DNA from: an uncultured Acidobacteriota bacterium | GTDB taxonomy: Bacteria; Acidobacteriota; Thermoanaerobaculia; UBA5066 | DNA: 64,000 nt | Direction of reading: 5' to 3' | Assembly: GCA_963779415.1 (NCBI GenBank) | Contig: CAVZYA010000001.1 | Coordinates: forward strand, 2,112,001 to 2,176,000 | Shown: one piece after another, positions 48,006 to 60,799 of the stretch | Numbering within the stretch: position 1 is the stretch's first letter | Layout of the letters: every line of letters starts with the position of its first letter | Notes under the pieces: generated by a model | Told to the model about the DNA's origin: nothing | Seen by the model: only the letters and a program-made list of their open reading frames with translations | The model's database searches: none | Program-made: the position numbers and the translations under genes

Positions 48006-50648
48006 GTGGCGCTCTCCGCAGGCACACGGCTCGGCCCGTACGAGATCCTCGCTCCGCTCGGCGCGGGTGGAATGGGCGAGGTGTACCGGGCGCGCGATGA
48101 GAAGCTCGACCGGGATGTCGCGATCAAGGTGCTGCCCGAATCCGTGGCGGCCGATCGGGACGCGCTGGCGAGGTTCGAGCGGGAGGCGAAGGCGGTCGCC
48201 GCGCTCTCTCATCCGAACATCCTCGCGATTCACGATTTTGGAAACCACGCGGGCATGTCCTATGCCGTCATGGAGCTGCTGGAAGGCGAGACGCTGCGCG
48301 ACAAGCTCGACGCCGGACCGATCCCGCAGACGCAGGCCGTGGACTACGCCCTCCAGATCGCCAGGGGCCTCTCCGCCGCACACGAAAAGGGAGTCATCCA
48401 TCGCGACCTGAAGCCCGAGAACCTGTTCGTCAGCAAGGACGGCCACGTCAAGATCCTCGACTTTGGCCTGGCGAAGCGGGTGGAGGCGACTGCCCCGAGC
48501 CGGGAGACGAGCGCGCCGACCGTCTCGGGTCACACGCGGCCGGGGACGATCATGGGGACGGTTTCCTACATGTCGCCCGAACAGGTGCGGGGACTCTCCG
48601 TCGATCACCGCTCGGACATCTTCTCCTTCGGGACGATCCTCTACGAGCTGCTCTCGGGCAGGAAGGCGTTCAGGCGGGACACGGCGAGCGACACGATGGC
48701 GGCGATCATGAGGGACGAGCCGCCGGAGCCGTCTCAATCGGGACGGAGCGTCCCGCCTGCTCTGGACCACATCGTGCGCCATTGCCTGGAGAAGGATCGG
48801 GACAACCGCTTTCAGTCGGCGAAGGACATCGTGTTCGCGCTCTCCGAGCAGTCCTCGCCGGCCGTCCCGGGCGGCGCGCGGCTGGCCGCGCCACGGGCTG
48901 GAAGGAGGAACCTCCTCATCGCCGTTGCGGCCCTCGTCGTTCTCTCGGTCGCGGGCCTCTTCCTTCTGAGGCGGCCTCGGAAGGCCGCCGGCGAGGTCGA
49001 CGGCGTCAAGCGCCTCGCCGTGCTGCCGTTCGAGAACCTGGGCACTCCTGAAGACGACTACTTCGCCGACGGCGTCGCGGACGCCGTGCGAGGCAAGCTC
49101 ACTTCCTTGCCGGGCGTGGAGGTGATCGCCAGAGCCAGCTCGACACCGTACAAGAAGACGACGAAGACGCCGAATCAGATCGCCCACGAGCTGGGAGCGA
49201 GATACCTGCTGACGGGCACGGTCCGATGGGAGAGGACCGGAAGTACGAGCCGCGTCCAGGTCAGCCCGGAGCTGGTCGAAGTGAACGAGTCCGGCGCCGC
49301 CACCTCGAAGTGGCAACAGCCGTTCGACGCCGCGCTGACGGACGTCTTTCAGGTGCAGTCGGACATCGCGACGCGTGTGGCGCAGGCCCTCGATGTCGCG
49401 ATCGGCGCAAGAGAGGGGGAGCGGCTCGCGGAGACACCCACACGGAACCTGGCCGCTTACGACGCCTTCCTCAAGGGCGAGGAGGCTTCGAAGAGCATGG
49501 CCGTCAACGACCCGGTCAGCCTTCGCAAGGCACTCGGTTTCTACGAGCAGGCCGTGGCACTCGACCCCGGCTTTGCACGGGCATGGGCACAGATCTCCAA
49601 GGCCGACTCGATCCTGCATGGCAACAGCACGCCGACGCCCGATCTGGCGGAGCACGCGCGGCAAGCGGCGGAGAGGGCCGTGGCGCTCGCCCCGGACCGG
49701 CCCGACGGATACCTGGCGCTCGGCACGTACATGCGCGTGGTCGTCGGCGACCTCAGCCGCGCGCTGGAGCAGTATGCGAAGGGGCGGCGCATCGCGCCCG
49801 GCAACGCAGATCTCCTCAGGGCAACCGCGTTGACCGAGCAGAGCCTCGGACACTGGGACGCGGCGGTGGAGCACTTCAGGCAGGCGGAACGCCTCGATCC
49901 CCGCTCGGTCAACAACAAGTGGACGCTCGGCATCGCGCTGCGTAGCATGAGGCGATATTCCGAAGCGCGCGAAGTCTTCGACCGTGGGCTCGCTCTCGCA
50001 CCCGCGAACCTCACCCTGATCGAGCAAAAGGCGATGACGTTCCTCGGGGAGGGAGATCTCGCGAAAGCCCGGGCCGTGCTGAGCGCCGCGCCCCGGGAGG
50101 TCGCCCCCGCCGCGATCGTGTCGTATCTGGCGACCTACTTCGATCTCGTCTGGGTTCTCGACGAAGAGCAGCGCGAACTGCTCCTTCGCCTGACGCCGAG
50201 CGCCTTCGACAACAACAGGGGGGGCTGGAGCCTTTGTCTCGTCCAGGCCTACGCCTTGAAGGGTGACGCGGCGAAAATGCGCTCCCATGCCGAGAAGGCG
50301 AGGGAGGCCTTCGAAGATCAGCTCCGCTCGGCGCCCGAGGACGCCCAGCTCCATGCCCTCCACGGGCTCGCGCTGGCGTATCTCGGGAAGAAGAACGAAG
50401 CGATCCGCGAGGGGGAGCGCGCCGTCGCGCTCCTGCCCACGACCAGGGATGCGTACCTTGGCCCCTACCTCGAGCACCAGCTCGTGCGCATCGACATTCT
50501 CGTCGGCGAGCCGGAGAAGGCCCTCGACCACCTGGAGCCGCTCCTGAGGATTCCCTACCTGCTCTCGCCCGGCTGGCTCAGGATCGATCCCAACTTCGAT
50601 CCGCTGCGCAAGAACCCGAGGTTCCAGAAGCTGACGCGCGGAACGTAG
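48006..50648 (+). CDS. membrane Ser/Thr kinase with TolB-N-like domain and TPR repeats
   Basis: [24 protein letters not shown]; TM; LAVLPFENL; TPRs; [13 protein letters not shown]. Confidence 0.94.
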   Translation: MALSAGTRLGPYEILAPLGAGGMGEVYRARDEKLDRDVAIKVLPESVAADRDALARFEREAKAVAALSHPNILAIHDFGNHAGMSYAVMELLEGETLRDKLDAGPIPQTQAVDYALQIARGLSAAHEKGVIHRDLKPENLFVSKDGHVKILDFGLAKRVEATAPSRETSAPTVSGHTRPGTIMGTVSYMSPEQVRGLSVDHRSDIFSFGTILYELLSGRKAFRRDTASDTMAAIMRDEPPEPSQSGRSVPPALDHIVRHCLEKDRDNRFQSAKDIVFALSEQSSPAVPGGARLAAPRAGRRNLLIAVAALVVLSVAGLFLLRRPRKAAGEVDGVKRLAVLPFENLGTPEDDYFADGVADAVRGKLTSLPGVEVIARASSTPYKKTTKTPNQIAHELGARYLLTGTVRWERTGSTSRVQVSPELVEVNESGAATSKWQQPFDAALTDVFQVQSDIATRVAQALDVAIGAREGERLAETPTRNLAAYDAFLKGEEASKSMAVNDPVSLRKALGFYEQAVALDPGFARAWAQISKADSILHGNSTPTPDLAEHARQAAERAVALAPDRPDGYLALGTYMRVVVGDLSRALEQYAKGRRIAPGNADLLRATALTEQSLGHWDAAVEHFRQAERLDPRSVNNKWTLGIALRSMRRYSEAREVFDRGLALAPANLTLIEQKAMTFLGEGDLAKARAVLSAAPREVAPAAIVSYLATYFDLVWVLDEEQRELLLRLTPSAFDNNRGGWSLCLVQAYALKGDAAKMRSHAEKAREAFEDQLRSAPEDAQLHALHGLALAYLGKKNEAIREGERAVALLPTTRDAYLGPYLEHQLVRIDILVGEPEKALDHLEPLLRIPYLLSPGWLRIDPNFDPLRKNPRFQKLTRGT

Positions 50649-50691
50649 AACCTGCGAGTCTCTCGTGCGCCACGCCCTGATCCGGTGATGC

Positions 50692-51201
50692 TCATTCCAG
50701 GAAATCCAGGTCGCGCCCCGCCGTCTCGGCCATGCCCCAGAGGGAGACCAGTGCGAGGGAGATGCATGCAAGGCCCACCGTCCAGGCGCTCCCGACGTAG
50801 CCCAGAGGGCCCCGGAGCAGGGAGAAGCTGCCTGTGATCAGCGGGACGCTCCCCCGGACGAAGTTCGGTACCGTGGTGGCCACCGTGGCACGGAGGTTCG
50901 TGCCGAACTGCTCCGCAGCGATGGTGACGAAGACGGCCCAGTAGCCCGCCATGAGGCCGAGGTACCCCGTCAGGAGGTAGAACGCCGTCGGGGTGAGGCC
51001 GCGCACCGTGAGGTAGGTGGCGATGCCGGAGAGCGTCCCGAGGATGAAGAGGAGAACGACCTTCTTACGGCTTCCCCAGACCTGGCTGAGGATGCCGGAT
51101 GCGAAGCTCCCCAGCGTGATGCCGCTGTAGCAGAAGGCCACGGCGGTCCCCGCGGCCACGGGTCCCGTCACGCCGACCTTCGGGGCGAACTCGGGCGCGG
51201 A
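50692..51201. repeat. direct repeat copy 2 (510 bp, 3' part of intact MFS gene)
   Basis: Near-identical to 47391-47900. Confidence 0.93.
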
Positions 51202-51930
51202 GGTGATGAGGATCGCCACCACGAACCAGGTCGGCAGGCCGATGAGGACGCAGCGGAGGTAGCGGAGGAAGCGCTCGCCACGGGTAAAGAGGCTCAGGAA
51301 GTCGCCGCGCGTCACGCCGGCCTGCTCGCCGAGGTTCCGGAACATCCCGCTCTCGCGGAGGCTGAAGCGGGTGGCCAAAAGGACGAGGCCCAGCCCGCCT
51401 CCGACGAGGTAGGCGGTGCGCCAGGGGAAGTACTTGCCGACGAGGCTCGCGGTCACCGTCCCGAAGATGCCCACTCCCGCGACGATGGCGGTGCCGTAGG
51501 CGCGGAGGTTCCTGGGGAGGATCTCGCTCACAAGCGTCACCGCCGCGCCCAGCTCGCCCGCCAGACCGAGCCCCGCCAGGAAGCGCCATACGGCGTAGGC
51601 GGGAAGCCCGTGGACGAAGGCGTTGGCGATGTTCGCCACGGAGTAGAGCGCGATGCTCCCGAAAAGCGTCGAGAGGCGGCCCTTCTTGTCGCCGAGGACG
51701 CCCCAGAAGATCCCGCCCAGCAGCATCCCCACCATCTGGGAGTTGAGCAGCAGGAACGTGGCGGAGACCTGCGCGTCCCCCTGCGGGATGCCGAGATCCG
51801 TCAGGCTCGGCTGCCGCACGATCGGGAAGAGGAGCAGGTCGAACATGTCCACGAAGTACCCGAGGGCCGCCACGAAGACGGTCAGGCTGAGGATCTGCGA
51901 CAGCGGGTGCTTCTCGGAGGTGGCGCCCAC
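50692..51930 (-). CDS. MFS transporter
   Basis: GYFVDMFD, GVLGDKKGR motif A, RFLAGLGLAGE, SEILP..LR; about 12 hydrophobic helices. Confidence 0.92.
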   Translation of the reverse strand: MGATSEKHPLSQILSLTVFVAALGYFVDMFDLLLFPIVRQPSLTDLGIPQGDAQVSATFLLLNSQMVGMLLGGIFWGVLGDKKGRLSTLFGSIALYSVANIANAFVHGLPAYAVWRFLAGLGLAGELGAAVTLVSEILPRNLRAYGTAIVAGVGIFGTVTASLVGKYFPWRTAYLVGGGLGLVLLATRFSLRESGMFRNLGEQAGVTRGDFLSLFTRGERFLRYLRCVLIGLPTWFVVAILITSAPEFAPKVGVTGPVAAGTAVAFCYSGITLGSFASGILSQVWGSRKKVVLLFILGTLSGIATYLTVRGLTPTAFYLLTGYLGLMAGYWAVFVTIAAEQFGTNLRATVATTVPNFVRGSVPLITGSFSLLRGPLGYVGSAWTVGLACISLALVSLWGMAETAGRDLDFLE

Positions 51931-51966
51931 ACGACTACCCCAAGGCCGTCGAGAATGGCATCGAGC

Positions 51967-53739
51967 CTACAGCTCCTTGAATCCCCAGAAGGGAAAGTCG
52001 AGCATGTACTCTCCCACCTTGCCCGGGCTGTTTTCCCTGCTGGCGACCAGCCACAGCGTGCTCTTGCGCTCCTGCGTGCTGAGGGGGTCGAGCAGATTCC
52101 AGTTGGGCTGAAGAATGATCGCGTTATCGGCGCTGTATTCGATGTCGCCGGATTCCTTGAAGGAACCCATGTCGGGCAGCCTGTTGTAGCTGCCTTCCGC
52201 GCCGCGGGACAGCTCCGAGACTACCAGGAACGCGACGCGCTGCTCGTCGCGGATGGACTCCATGTGCCTCAGCCATTCGTCGATGCCGGTGCGCCGCTCG
52301 GAGAGACTCTTGAACGGCAGCTTGTGCAGGCTGTCGATGACGACCAGGCACTTGTCGAGCCGGGTCTCGTGCTTGATGAAATCGATCTGCCGCCGCATGA
52401 TGTCCGGACTCAGCTTCCGGTCCGTGACGACGCGGAAATAGAGCAGCATCTTCCCGAGCTCGGCCTGCGCCTTGCCGAGCCGGGCGGCGGTGCCGGCTTC
52501 GGGCTCCTGCTCGCGGAGCGCCTCTTCGGAAAGCCTGCTCAGCCGGCAGAGAGTCCTGAGGTAGATCTTCTGGCGGCCATTCTCGAAGTCGTAGTAGATC
52601 ACCGGTACGCCCTGGCGGGCCGCTTCGGTCGACACCTGCATGAAGAAGGAGGATTTTCCTGACTTGGGCTGCCCGCCCATGATGTTGATGCCCCGGATGC
52701 CGTTGAGGGCCTGGTCCATTCGCGCAAAGCCGGTCGGAACGCCCAGGATGCTCTTGCCCTTGTCCTTCTCCAGGGCCTCCAGGAAGTTCACGTGCTCCCG
52801 CTCCGGGGAGGTGAACGGGGAGAAGGCTCTGGAGCTCTTGATCATGCCCGCGACCGCCGCTCCAAACCCGGTCCCCTTCTCCCGGGCCAGCTGCAGGAGA
52901 TGGAAATCGCGTTTCACGTTCGACGGCCAGTTGAGGATCCGTACCTTGAACCCGAGACTGGTGGCCAGGCTGCGGGCGGCGACCTGGGCCTCGGGGGTGT
53001 TGTTGAACACGATGAGCACGTGGTTTATGTAAGCGAAGCGTTCGAGCTGAAGGGCCTCGAGCGCGGACAGGTTGGGCACGGCGATGCACGGGTAGCCGAG
53101 TTCCTTGAGGGTGAGGAGGTTCCGCTCGCCGTCGGTGATGAAGATTGCGCCGTTCTCGCAGCGATCGATCTCTTCGAGGTTGAAGACCTGGAACTCGGGG
53201 CCGTAGAACTTGTCGTCTCCCATCCAGAAATGATCCGCCTCGACGCCCGGCGAAACGCAGCGGACCGCATAGCAGTTACCGTCCTCGAGGAAATACGGAA
53301 AGACCAGATACCGGCCATTGAAGCCGATCCGGAGTTCGTCCACGGTCCCTCTCGAGATGCCGAAAGCGCCGAAAGACGCGTACTGTTCCTCGGACATGCC
53401 GGCCTGGTACTTCTTCACGTCGGAGTTCAGGGTCTTGCCCGGGAAGACGATGTTGCGCACGTAGGTCGAGCGGTCGGGATCGAATCCCGGCACGAGCATG
53501 GGGTCGACACCCCGTAGCCGCCCGAAGTAGGTGGCAAACCCACCGGGTTTGCACCGGTTGAGGCACTTGAAATAGCCGTAGAAGAAACTGTCGGGATCGA
53601 GATCGACGACCACCGTTCCGGGGACCGCATCCTTGGCGGGCACGCAGAACGGGCAGGGCGCCTGAACCGTCAGACCCACCGGACGGGCCTCCGGAAGATG
53701 CTGCAGATAGAATTGCCTGACAGGGTCGGTTGCGTTCAT
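51967..53739 (-). CDS. primase-helicase fusion: Zn finger, degenerate TOPRIM, DnaB/SF4 helicase
   Basis: CPFC...CLNRC; LVFPYF; IFITDGERN; GVPTGF; Walker A GQPKSGKS; DFEN; VIDSL; SELSR; KESGDIEYSAD. Confidence 0.85.
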   Translation of the reverse strand: MNATDPVRQFYLQHLPEARPVGLTVQAPCPFCVPAKDAVPGTVVVDLDPDSFFYGYFKCLNRCKPGGFATYFGRLRGVDPMLVPGFDPDRSTYVRNIVFPGKTLNSDVKKYQAGMSEEQYASFGAFGISRGTVDELRIGFNGRYLVFPYFLEDGNCYAVRCVSPGVEADHFWMGDDKFYGPEFQVFNLEEIDRCENGAIFITDGERNLLTLKELGYPCIAVPNLSALEALQLERFAYINHVLIVFNNTPEAQVAARSLATSLGFKVRILNWPSNVKRDFHLLQLAREKGTGFGAAVAGMIKSSRAFSPFTSPEREHVNFLEALEKDKGKSILGVPTGFARMDQALNGIRGINIMGGQPKSGKSSFFMQVSTEAARQGVPVIYYDFENGRQKIYLRTLCRLSRLSEEALREQEPEAGTAARLGKAQAELGKMLLYFRVVTDRKLSPDIMRRQIDFIKHETRLDKCLVVIDSLHKLPFKSLSERRTGIDEWLRHMESIRDEQRVAFLVVSELSRGAEGSYNRLPDMGSFKESGDIEYSADNAIILQPNWNLLDPLSTQERKSTLWLVASRENSPGKVGEYMLDFPFWGFKEL

Positions 53740-53765
53740 GGAGGCGGCCCCTTCCGCGTCAAGGG

Positions 53766-53794
53766 TAACGCCGACCGGAGTTTGCCGGTTGACC
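53766..53794 (-). promoter_or_regulatory. ECF-type promoter (AAC-N17-CGT) upstream of the primase-helicase
   Basis: Minus strand GGTCAAC-CGGCAAACTCCGGTCGG-CGTTA. Confidence 0.55.
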
Positions 53795-53848
53795 GCTTCC
53801 ACGACCGGACCGGGCGCCCCTCCGCGGCTCCTCCCGGCGCGCGGCGCC

Positions 53849-54833
53849 TCAGGCCCGGTCGCCGAGCTCGGTGACGCGGTCCTTCGGCTGCAGCGCCGCG
53901 ACGTAGCGATCCGGCGCGTGCTCCCGGATCGAGGAGGGCCCGCGGGGCAGCTTCCCCCCCGCGAGGGCGAGGAGAGCGCGCGGCAGGCTCTTCAGCTGCG
54001 CGACCGGCGCGGGAGTCTCCGTCCAGCCGCCGTCCGCGAAGCGCCATTCCCGGCCGAAGTGGGCGAGGCGGCACCACGACGCGGGCGGCAGCGCGGGGAT
54101 CGGATCGCCCGGGAGGACGTGGCGGTGGAGGCGCCGGCCGACCTCCCTCGCGGCGGCCGGGAGCGGCGCGCCCGTCGTCAGCGGCTGGCCGAACGTGTAG
54201 ACGGCGCGGAGCCGCTCCGCGATCCCGCGGCACTCCGGAAGGCTCCGCGATCGAAAGCGCGAACAGGACCGCCATCGCCCCGCCGAGGCTGTGGCCGGTG
54301 ACGTAGAGCGCCTCCATCGGGTGATCCACGCGGGCGGCGGGATCGAAAAGCGAGCGGCCCTCGAGCGCCGCGCCGAGCTCCTGGAGGACGACCCAGCGCG
54401 TCGCGCGCACGTTGCGGTGGAACCCCGCCGGGACGCGGAGCCGCTCGCCTCCGACCGCCATCGAGGCGGAGCCGACGTCGGCGTCGCCGAGCCAGTTCCC
54501 CAGGTTCGACGGCTCCGTGCCGCGGTAGCAGAGGATCACGACGCGCCCGCACCGGCTCTGGAGGAGATACGCGGTCGAGAAGACGAGCATCGCGTCGACG
54601 ACCTGCGTCACCCGCACGCCCGCGCACTCCTCGAGCCCCACGCGGCTCGCGATCGTCGCGACCGTGTCGAGGTCCGCGTACGCGTACCCCGCGCAGCAGC
54701 CGAGGGCGTGGGCGAGGACTTCGTCGCGCGGCGCGTCCGGCGAGGCGTGCGCGGCGAGGAGCCGCTCGACGAGGCCTTCGTGGACGGGGAACGGCGCCAG
54801 ACGCGCCGGCCCGCGGGTTCTCTGGAGTCTCAT
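53849..54833 (-). CDS. lipase class 3 family protein (frameshifted)
   Basis: ILCYRGT, VTGHSLGG; VYTFGQP and DPIP in other frames; ends RVTELGDRA*. Confidence 0.8.
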
Positions 54834-54844
54834 GTCTCCCCTCC

Positions 54845-57498
54845 TCAGACCGACAGCATGCCCGGCCAGCGGAGCATCCAGGTCCGCCGACGCGCTGTCT
54901 CGCGCCACTCCGGATCATCGGGCTCGATCCGCTCGGAGCCCCCGGCGATCTCCTCGAGACGCGCCTCGAGAGCGCCCGCGGCCGTCTCGTCCTCGACGAC
55001 GAGCAGGAGCTCGTCCTCCCAGTAGGCGGCCGTGACGTCGAGGTTGGCGCTCCCGACGGAGCAGACGCGGCCGTCCACGCTGAGGACCTTGGCGTGCACG
55101 TGCGGGTGAACGGTGCCGAGCCCCGCGGCCCAGCCCGGCCGCTCGCGGACCGCGAGCCGGTACACCTCGGCCCCGGCCGCGACGAGGGCGTCGAGGCGCG
55201 AGTCGACGAGCTCGCTCGCCGCCTGCCGCGCCGTGCTCCAGGGCCCGCGGAAAGGGGTCTCCTCGTGCGTCGGCGTCGTGTGGCCGACGATCGCGCGCAC
55301 CGTGACGCCCCGCGCGATCGCGCGGAGGAGCGCGTGCTGGATCTCGAGGAGGAGCGGGAAGCCGTTCACGACCCAGACGTGCGCGCGCGCGGCGTCGATG
55401 AGCGCAAGGTACGTTTCGAGCGTCGCCGCGTCGCGAAGGCCGTGGTGGACGACGACCCGCGCCGCCGCGCCGCCCGCCGGTTCCTGCGGCGCCACGTCGA
55501 ACGGCGCGCCTCCGGCGGCCGTCCACGCGTCGAGGAACGAGCGCTCGAGCGCCTCGACGGCGGGTCCCTCGACGCGCGCCCCGGCGTCGAGCCACGGCAC
55601 CTCGCGCCAGAGCGAGGCGGGCCCGAGCGCCACCTCGTCGAAGCCCGCGTAGTACTCGTGCGAGAGGTTCCGCCCGCCGACGAGCGCGAGGCGGCCGTCC
55701 ACGACGACGACCTTCCGGTGGTCGCGCTGCTTCAGGTCCTCGATCGACGGCGCGCCGGCGACCGGGCGCGTCAGACGCAGCTCCACGTTCGGGCGGGCTC
55801 CGAGGCGCGCCAGGAGCGGGTTCGTCAGGCCGAAGGAGCCGTGGAGGCCGTGCAGCGAGTCGACGACGACGCGCACCGTGACGCCCCGCGCCGCCGCCGC
55901 GGCGAGCGCGGACTCCACCCGGGCGCCGACGTCGTCGTCCATCGCCATGTAGACCTGGAAGTGGATGCGCCGCTCGGCGCGCGCGAGGGCGTCGAGGAGC
56001 CAGCCCCGCGCCGTCGGGTTGTCGAGCTCGATCTCGACGCGGTTGCCCGGGATCGTCAGGGCGCCCGTCGCGGCATCGAGCCGCGCCGCGAGCGCCTCCG
56101 TCCGGGCAGGAGGGTCGAAGGAGAGCGGCAACGCCGCGGCCACCTCGTCGGCCCGGAGGGCGGAGAATCCGATCGTGCGGGGCGTGTGAAGGCCCCCGTG
56201 GACCACGGCGGCGACCGGGAATCCCGCGCCCCGCATCCGGGCCGCGACGCGCGCCAGCCGGACCGGATCCGCCTCCTCGGGCACGTCGAGCGCCGCGCCC
56301 TCGTCGAGCACGGCGCTCGCGTCGGCCACGCGCTCGGGAAGGCCGAACGACGCGAGCCTCGCGCGGATCGACGCGCAGCTCCGGACCGGGCGCAGGCGCA
56401 CGGCGAGGAGATCGAGCCCTCCGGGGCCGCCGATCCCCGCGAGGCGCGCGAGATCGTCGTCCGGCAGCTCCGCGTCGAAGAGTCCGAGCGGCCGGGGGCC
56501 CGGCCGGATGACCGCAATGCGCTGCTCGACGGCGGCGACGGGGTCGGCGCCCGCGGCCTCCGCGGTACGGGACAGTCCGAGCGACTCCGCGCCGCCGGCG
56601 GGGACCTCCGCGAATCCGTCCCGGCTCCCGGCCCTCCCGACCGTCCGGCCGCGCGCCACGAACGCGACCTCCTGATCCGGGATCGGCTCGAGCCGTCCCA
56701 CGCCGGTCTGCGTACGTGATCCGGACGCGCGAGCGGCCCGCCGAGATCCACGGCGTCGGCGGCGTCGATCGTCCGCCGCAGCGCCCGCGGCGCGGCGAGA
56801 GGAGGGAGCACGAGGACGGGCGCCCGCCACGAGGAGACGGCGAGGAGCGCGCCGGAAAGACGCGGCACCACGAGGAGGTCGGGCGCCGGGAGGCGGGCCG
56901 CGCCGGGCGACGCGAACTCGACGCGGGCGGCGATCCCCGCGACCGAAAGCGCCACGGTGAGTCGGGCGTCGGGGACCTTCGGGCCGAGAATCGTGCACCG
57001 GAGCTCGGCGCTCCCGTGATCGCGGAGGAAGGCGGCGACCGCTCCCAGGGCCCGCGCGCCGAACGCCGCGCACGCGATCTCGCGCATCGGTCCCTCGGCT
57101 GCGGGCGCGTCGCCGATCCAGAGAAGCGGGAGCGTCAGGCGCCTGCGCAGCCCGGCGAGGAGCGGAATCGCGCTTGCGGGGAGCCCCGCGGCGGCGACGA
57201 GATCGATCCCGGCGCCTTTCGCGAGCACGGCGAGCGCGTCGGCGCCGAGCTCCTCGGCGAGCATCAACTCCGCGCTGCGCGCCAGGCCCGCCGTGGCCGT
57301 GCGCAGCGCCTCGAGCGAGGACGCCGCCGCGTTCCGGTCTCCGCGCGCGTCGTGCGACAGCAACGTGATTTCGCGGCCGGGGGCGTGCGCCACCACGACG
57401 AGCCGCTCGGCTTCGGGCGCGAGCCGGCGGATCGCCGCGGCGGCGGGCGCCGCGTCGCCCCCGAGCTCGACGATCAGGAGGACCCGCCGGTAGCTCAC
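54845..57498 (-). CDS. phospholipase D/cardiolipin-synthase-like protein with long N-terminal extension (frameshift near 56710-56730)
   Basis: Two HKD motifs DHRKVVVVDG and HAKVLSVDG, GGRN, GSANLD; N-terminal part [11 protein letters not shown] in a second frame; GTGA overlap with upstream gene. Confidence 0.82.
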
Positions 57499-58416
57499 GA
57501 CACGATCCTCGCAGGCATCGGCACGCGCGAGAAGCCCGTCCCCGACGCGTCGAGGGCGTACGACTCGACGCGCGCCACCGCCCCGTCCCCCGCGATCTCG
57601 TAGAGGTTGAAGCCGGCCCGGACCGCGGGATCGGGGTGGTCGAGCGCGGCGCCGCTCGCGGAGACGACGTCGAGCGTCCCCGACGAGGTCCGGAGCGCGA
57701 CGCGCGACCTCGCGTGGACGTGGCCGAAGAGAAGCAGCCCGCGTGGGAGGCGATCGACGACGAGCCGGAGCCGATCCGCGTCGAGCAGGCCGTCGCGCAG
57801 GCGGGCGAGGCGGCTCCGCGCGTCCACCGGGGGATGATGGACGAGGAGAACGGGCGTGCGCGACGCGACCTCGGGGAGCGCGAGGAGCCTCTCGAGCGCG
57901 GCGAGCTGCTCGCGGCCGAGGACGCCGCCCGACACGAACAGGGGGCGCGGGACGGCGCTCGAAAGGCCGATGATCGCCGCCGGCCCGCGCAGCTTCACGA
58001 ACGGGTAGTCGCCGGCCGGCAGCGTGACCGCGAGCGCGGCGACGCTCGCTGGTCACGAACGGGGCGAAGTGGTGCGGGAACCGGCGCTCGCGTCCGACCG
58101 CCGGCAGGTAGATGTCGTGGTTCCCCGGCACGACCGTCACCTCGACCCGGCGCGCGACCTCGTCGAGCAGGCGGCGCGCCTCGCGGTACTCGCTCTCGTG
58201 CGCCATGTTCGTGATGTCGCCCGTCACGACGACGTGGTCGGAACGCGCGGCGGCCTCCTCGAGCACGGCCCTCAGGTACTCGCGCCGGTGGACGCGCCCG
58301 CGCCGGAGGACGACGTTCGCCCATCCCGTGATCCGCTTGTTGAAAAGCATGCGGCGCCACTCGGCGCCGAGGCGGGACAGGACATGGACGTCGGAGACGT
58401 GGGCGATGCGCAGCAT
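57495..58416 (-). CDS. calcineurin-like metallophosphoesterase (frameshift near 58020-58050)
   Basis: AHVSDVH, TGDITN, VPGNHD, VHHPP, FGHVH. Confidence 0.85.
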
Positions 58417-58420
58417 GTGC

Positions 58421-60375
<1,955 letters not shown>

Positions 60376-60396
60376 GAGGGCGTCTGGTCGTCATCG

Positions 60397-60759
60397 TCAT
60401 GCTCCGAGGTGGAACCGGCCCGCTGCGATCGCGACGCAGACGAGCGAGAGCACGAGGGCCGGGGCGGAGCTTTCGTGAAGACGCCGGTGCGTCTGGACGG
60501 CGCCGAGCAGCAGAACGGCCAGGCACACCGCCGCGATCGGCGTGAGCACGGGCGCGATGTGCAGCGCCGCCGGGAGCACGAGCCCGAACGCGCCCGCGAC
60601 CTCGGCGAGACCGAGCAGCTTGATACGGCCGGGCGGCCACGTCGCGGCCCAGTGCATCTTCCCGGCGAGCTTCTCCTTCGGCGTCACCAGTTTGAGAGCG
60701 CCCGTGAGGAGGAAGACGAGCGCGGCGAATCCCTGTGCGATCCAGAGCGCGGTGGTCAT
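60397..60759 (-). CDS. DoxX family membrane protein
   Basis: MTTALWIAQG...GALKL, GLAEVAGAFGLVLP, GAVQTH; AAGGGAG RBS. Confidence 0.85.
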   Translation of the reverse strand: MTTALWIAQGFAALVFLLTGALKLVTPKEKLAGKMHWAATWPPGRIKLLGLAEVAGAFGLVLPAALHIAPVLTPIAAVCLAVLLLGAVQTHRRLHESSAPALVLSLVCVAIAAGRFHLGA

Positions 60760-60799
60760 GACGAACTCTCCCTTTCTTCGAGGTGCGGAAGATCGTGCT

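Noticed and set aside
47391-51201. Diversity-generating retroelement TR/VR pair
   Set aside because: Four of six mismatches are at A in the intact copy, but two are not, most are synonymous, the target is an MFS transporter and no reverse transcriptase is in the window.
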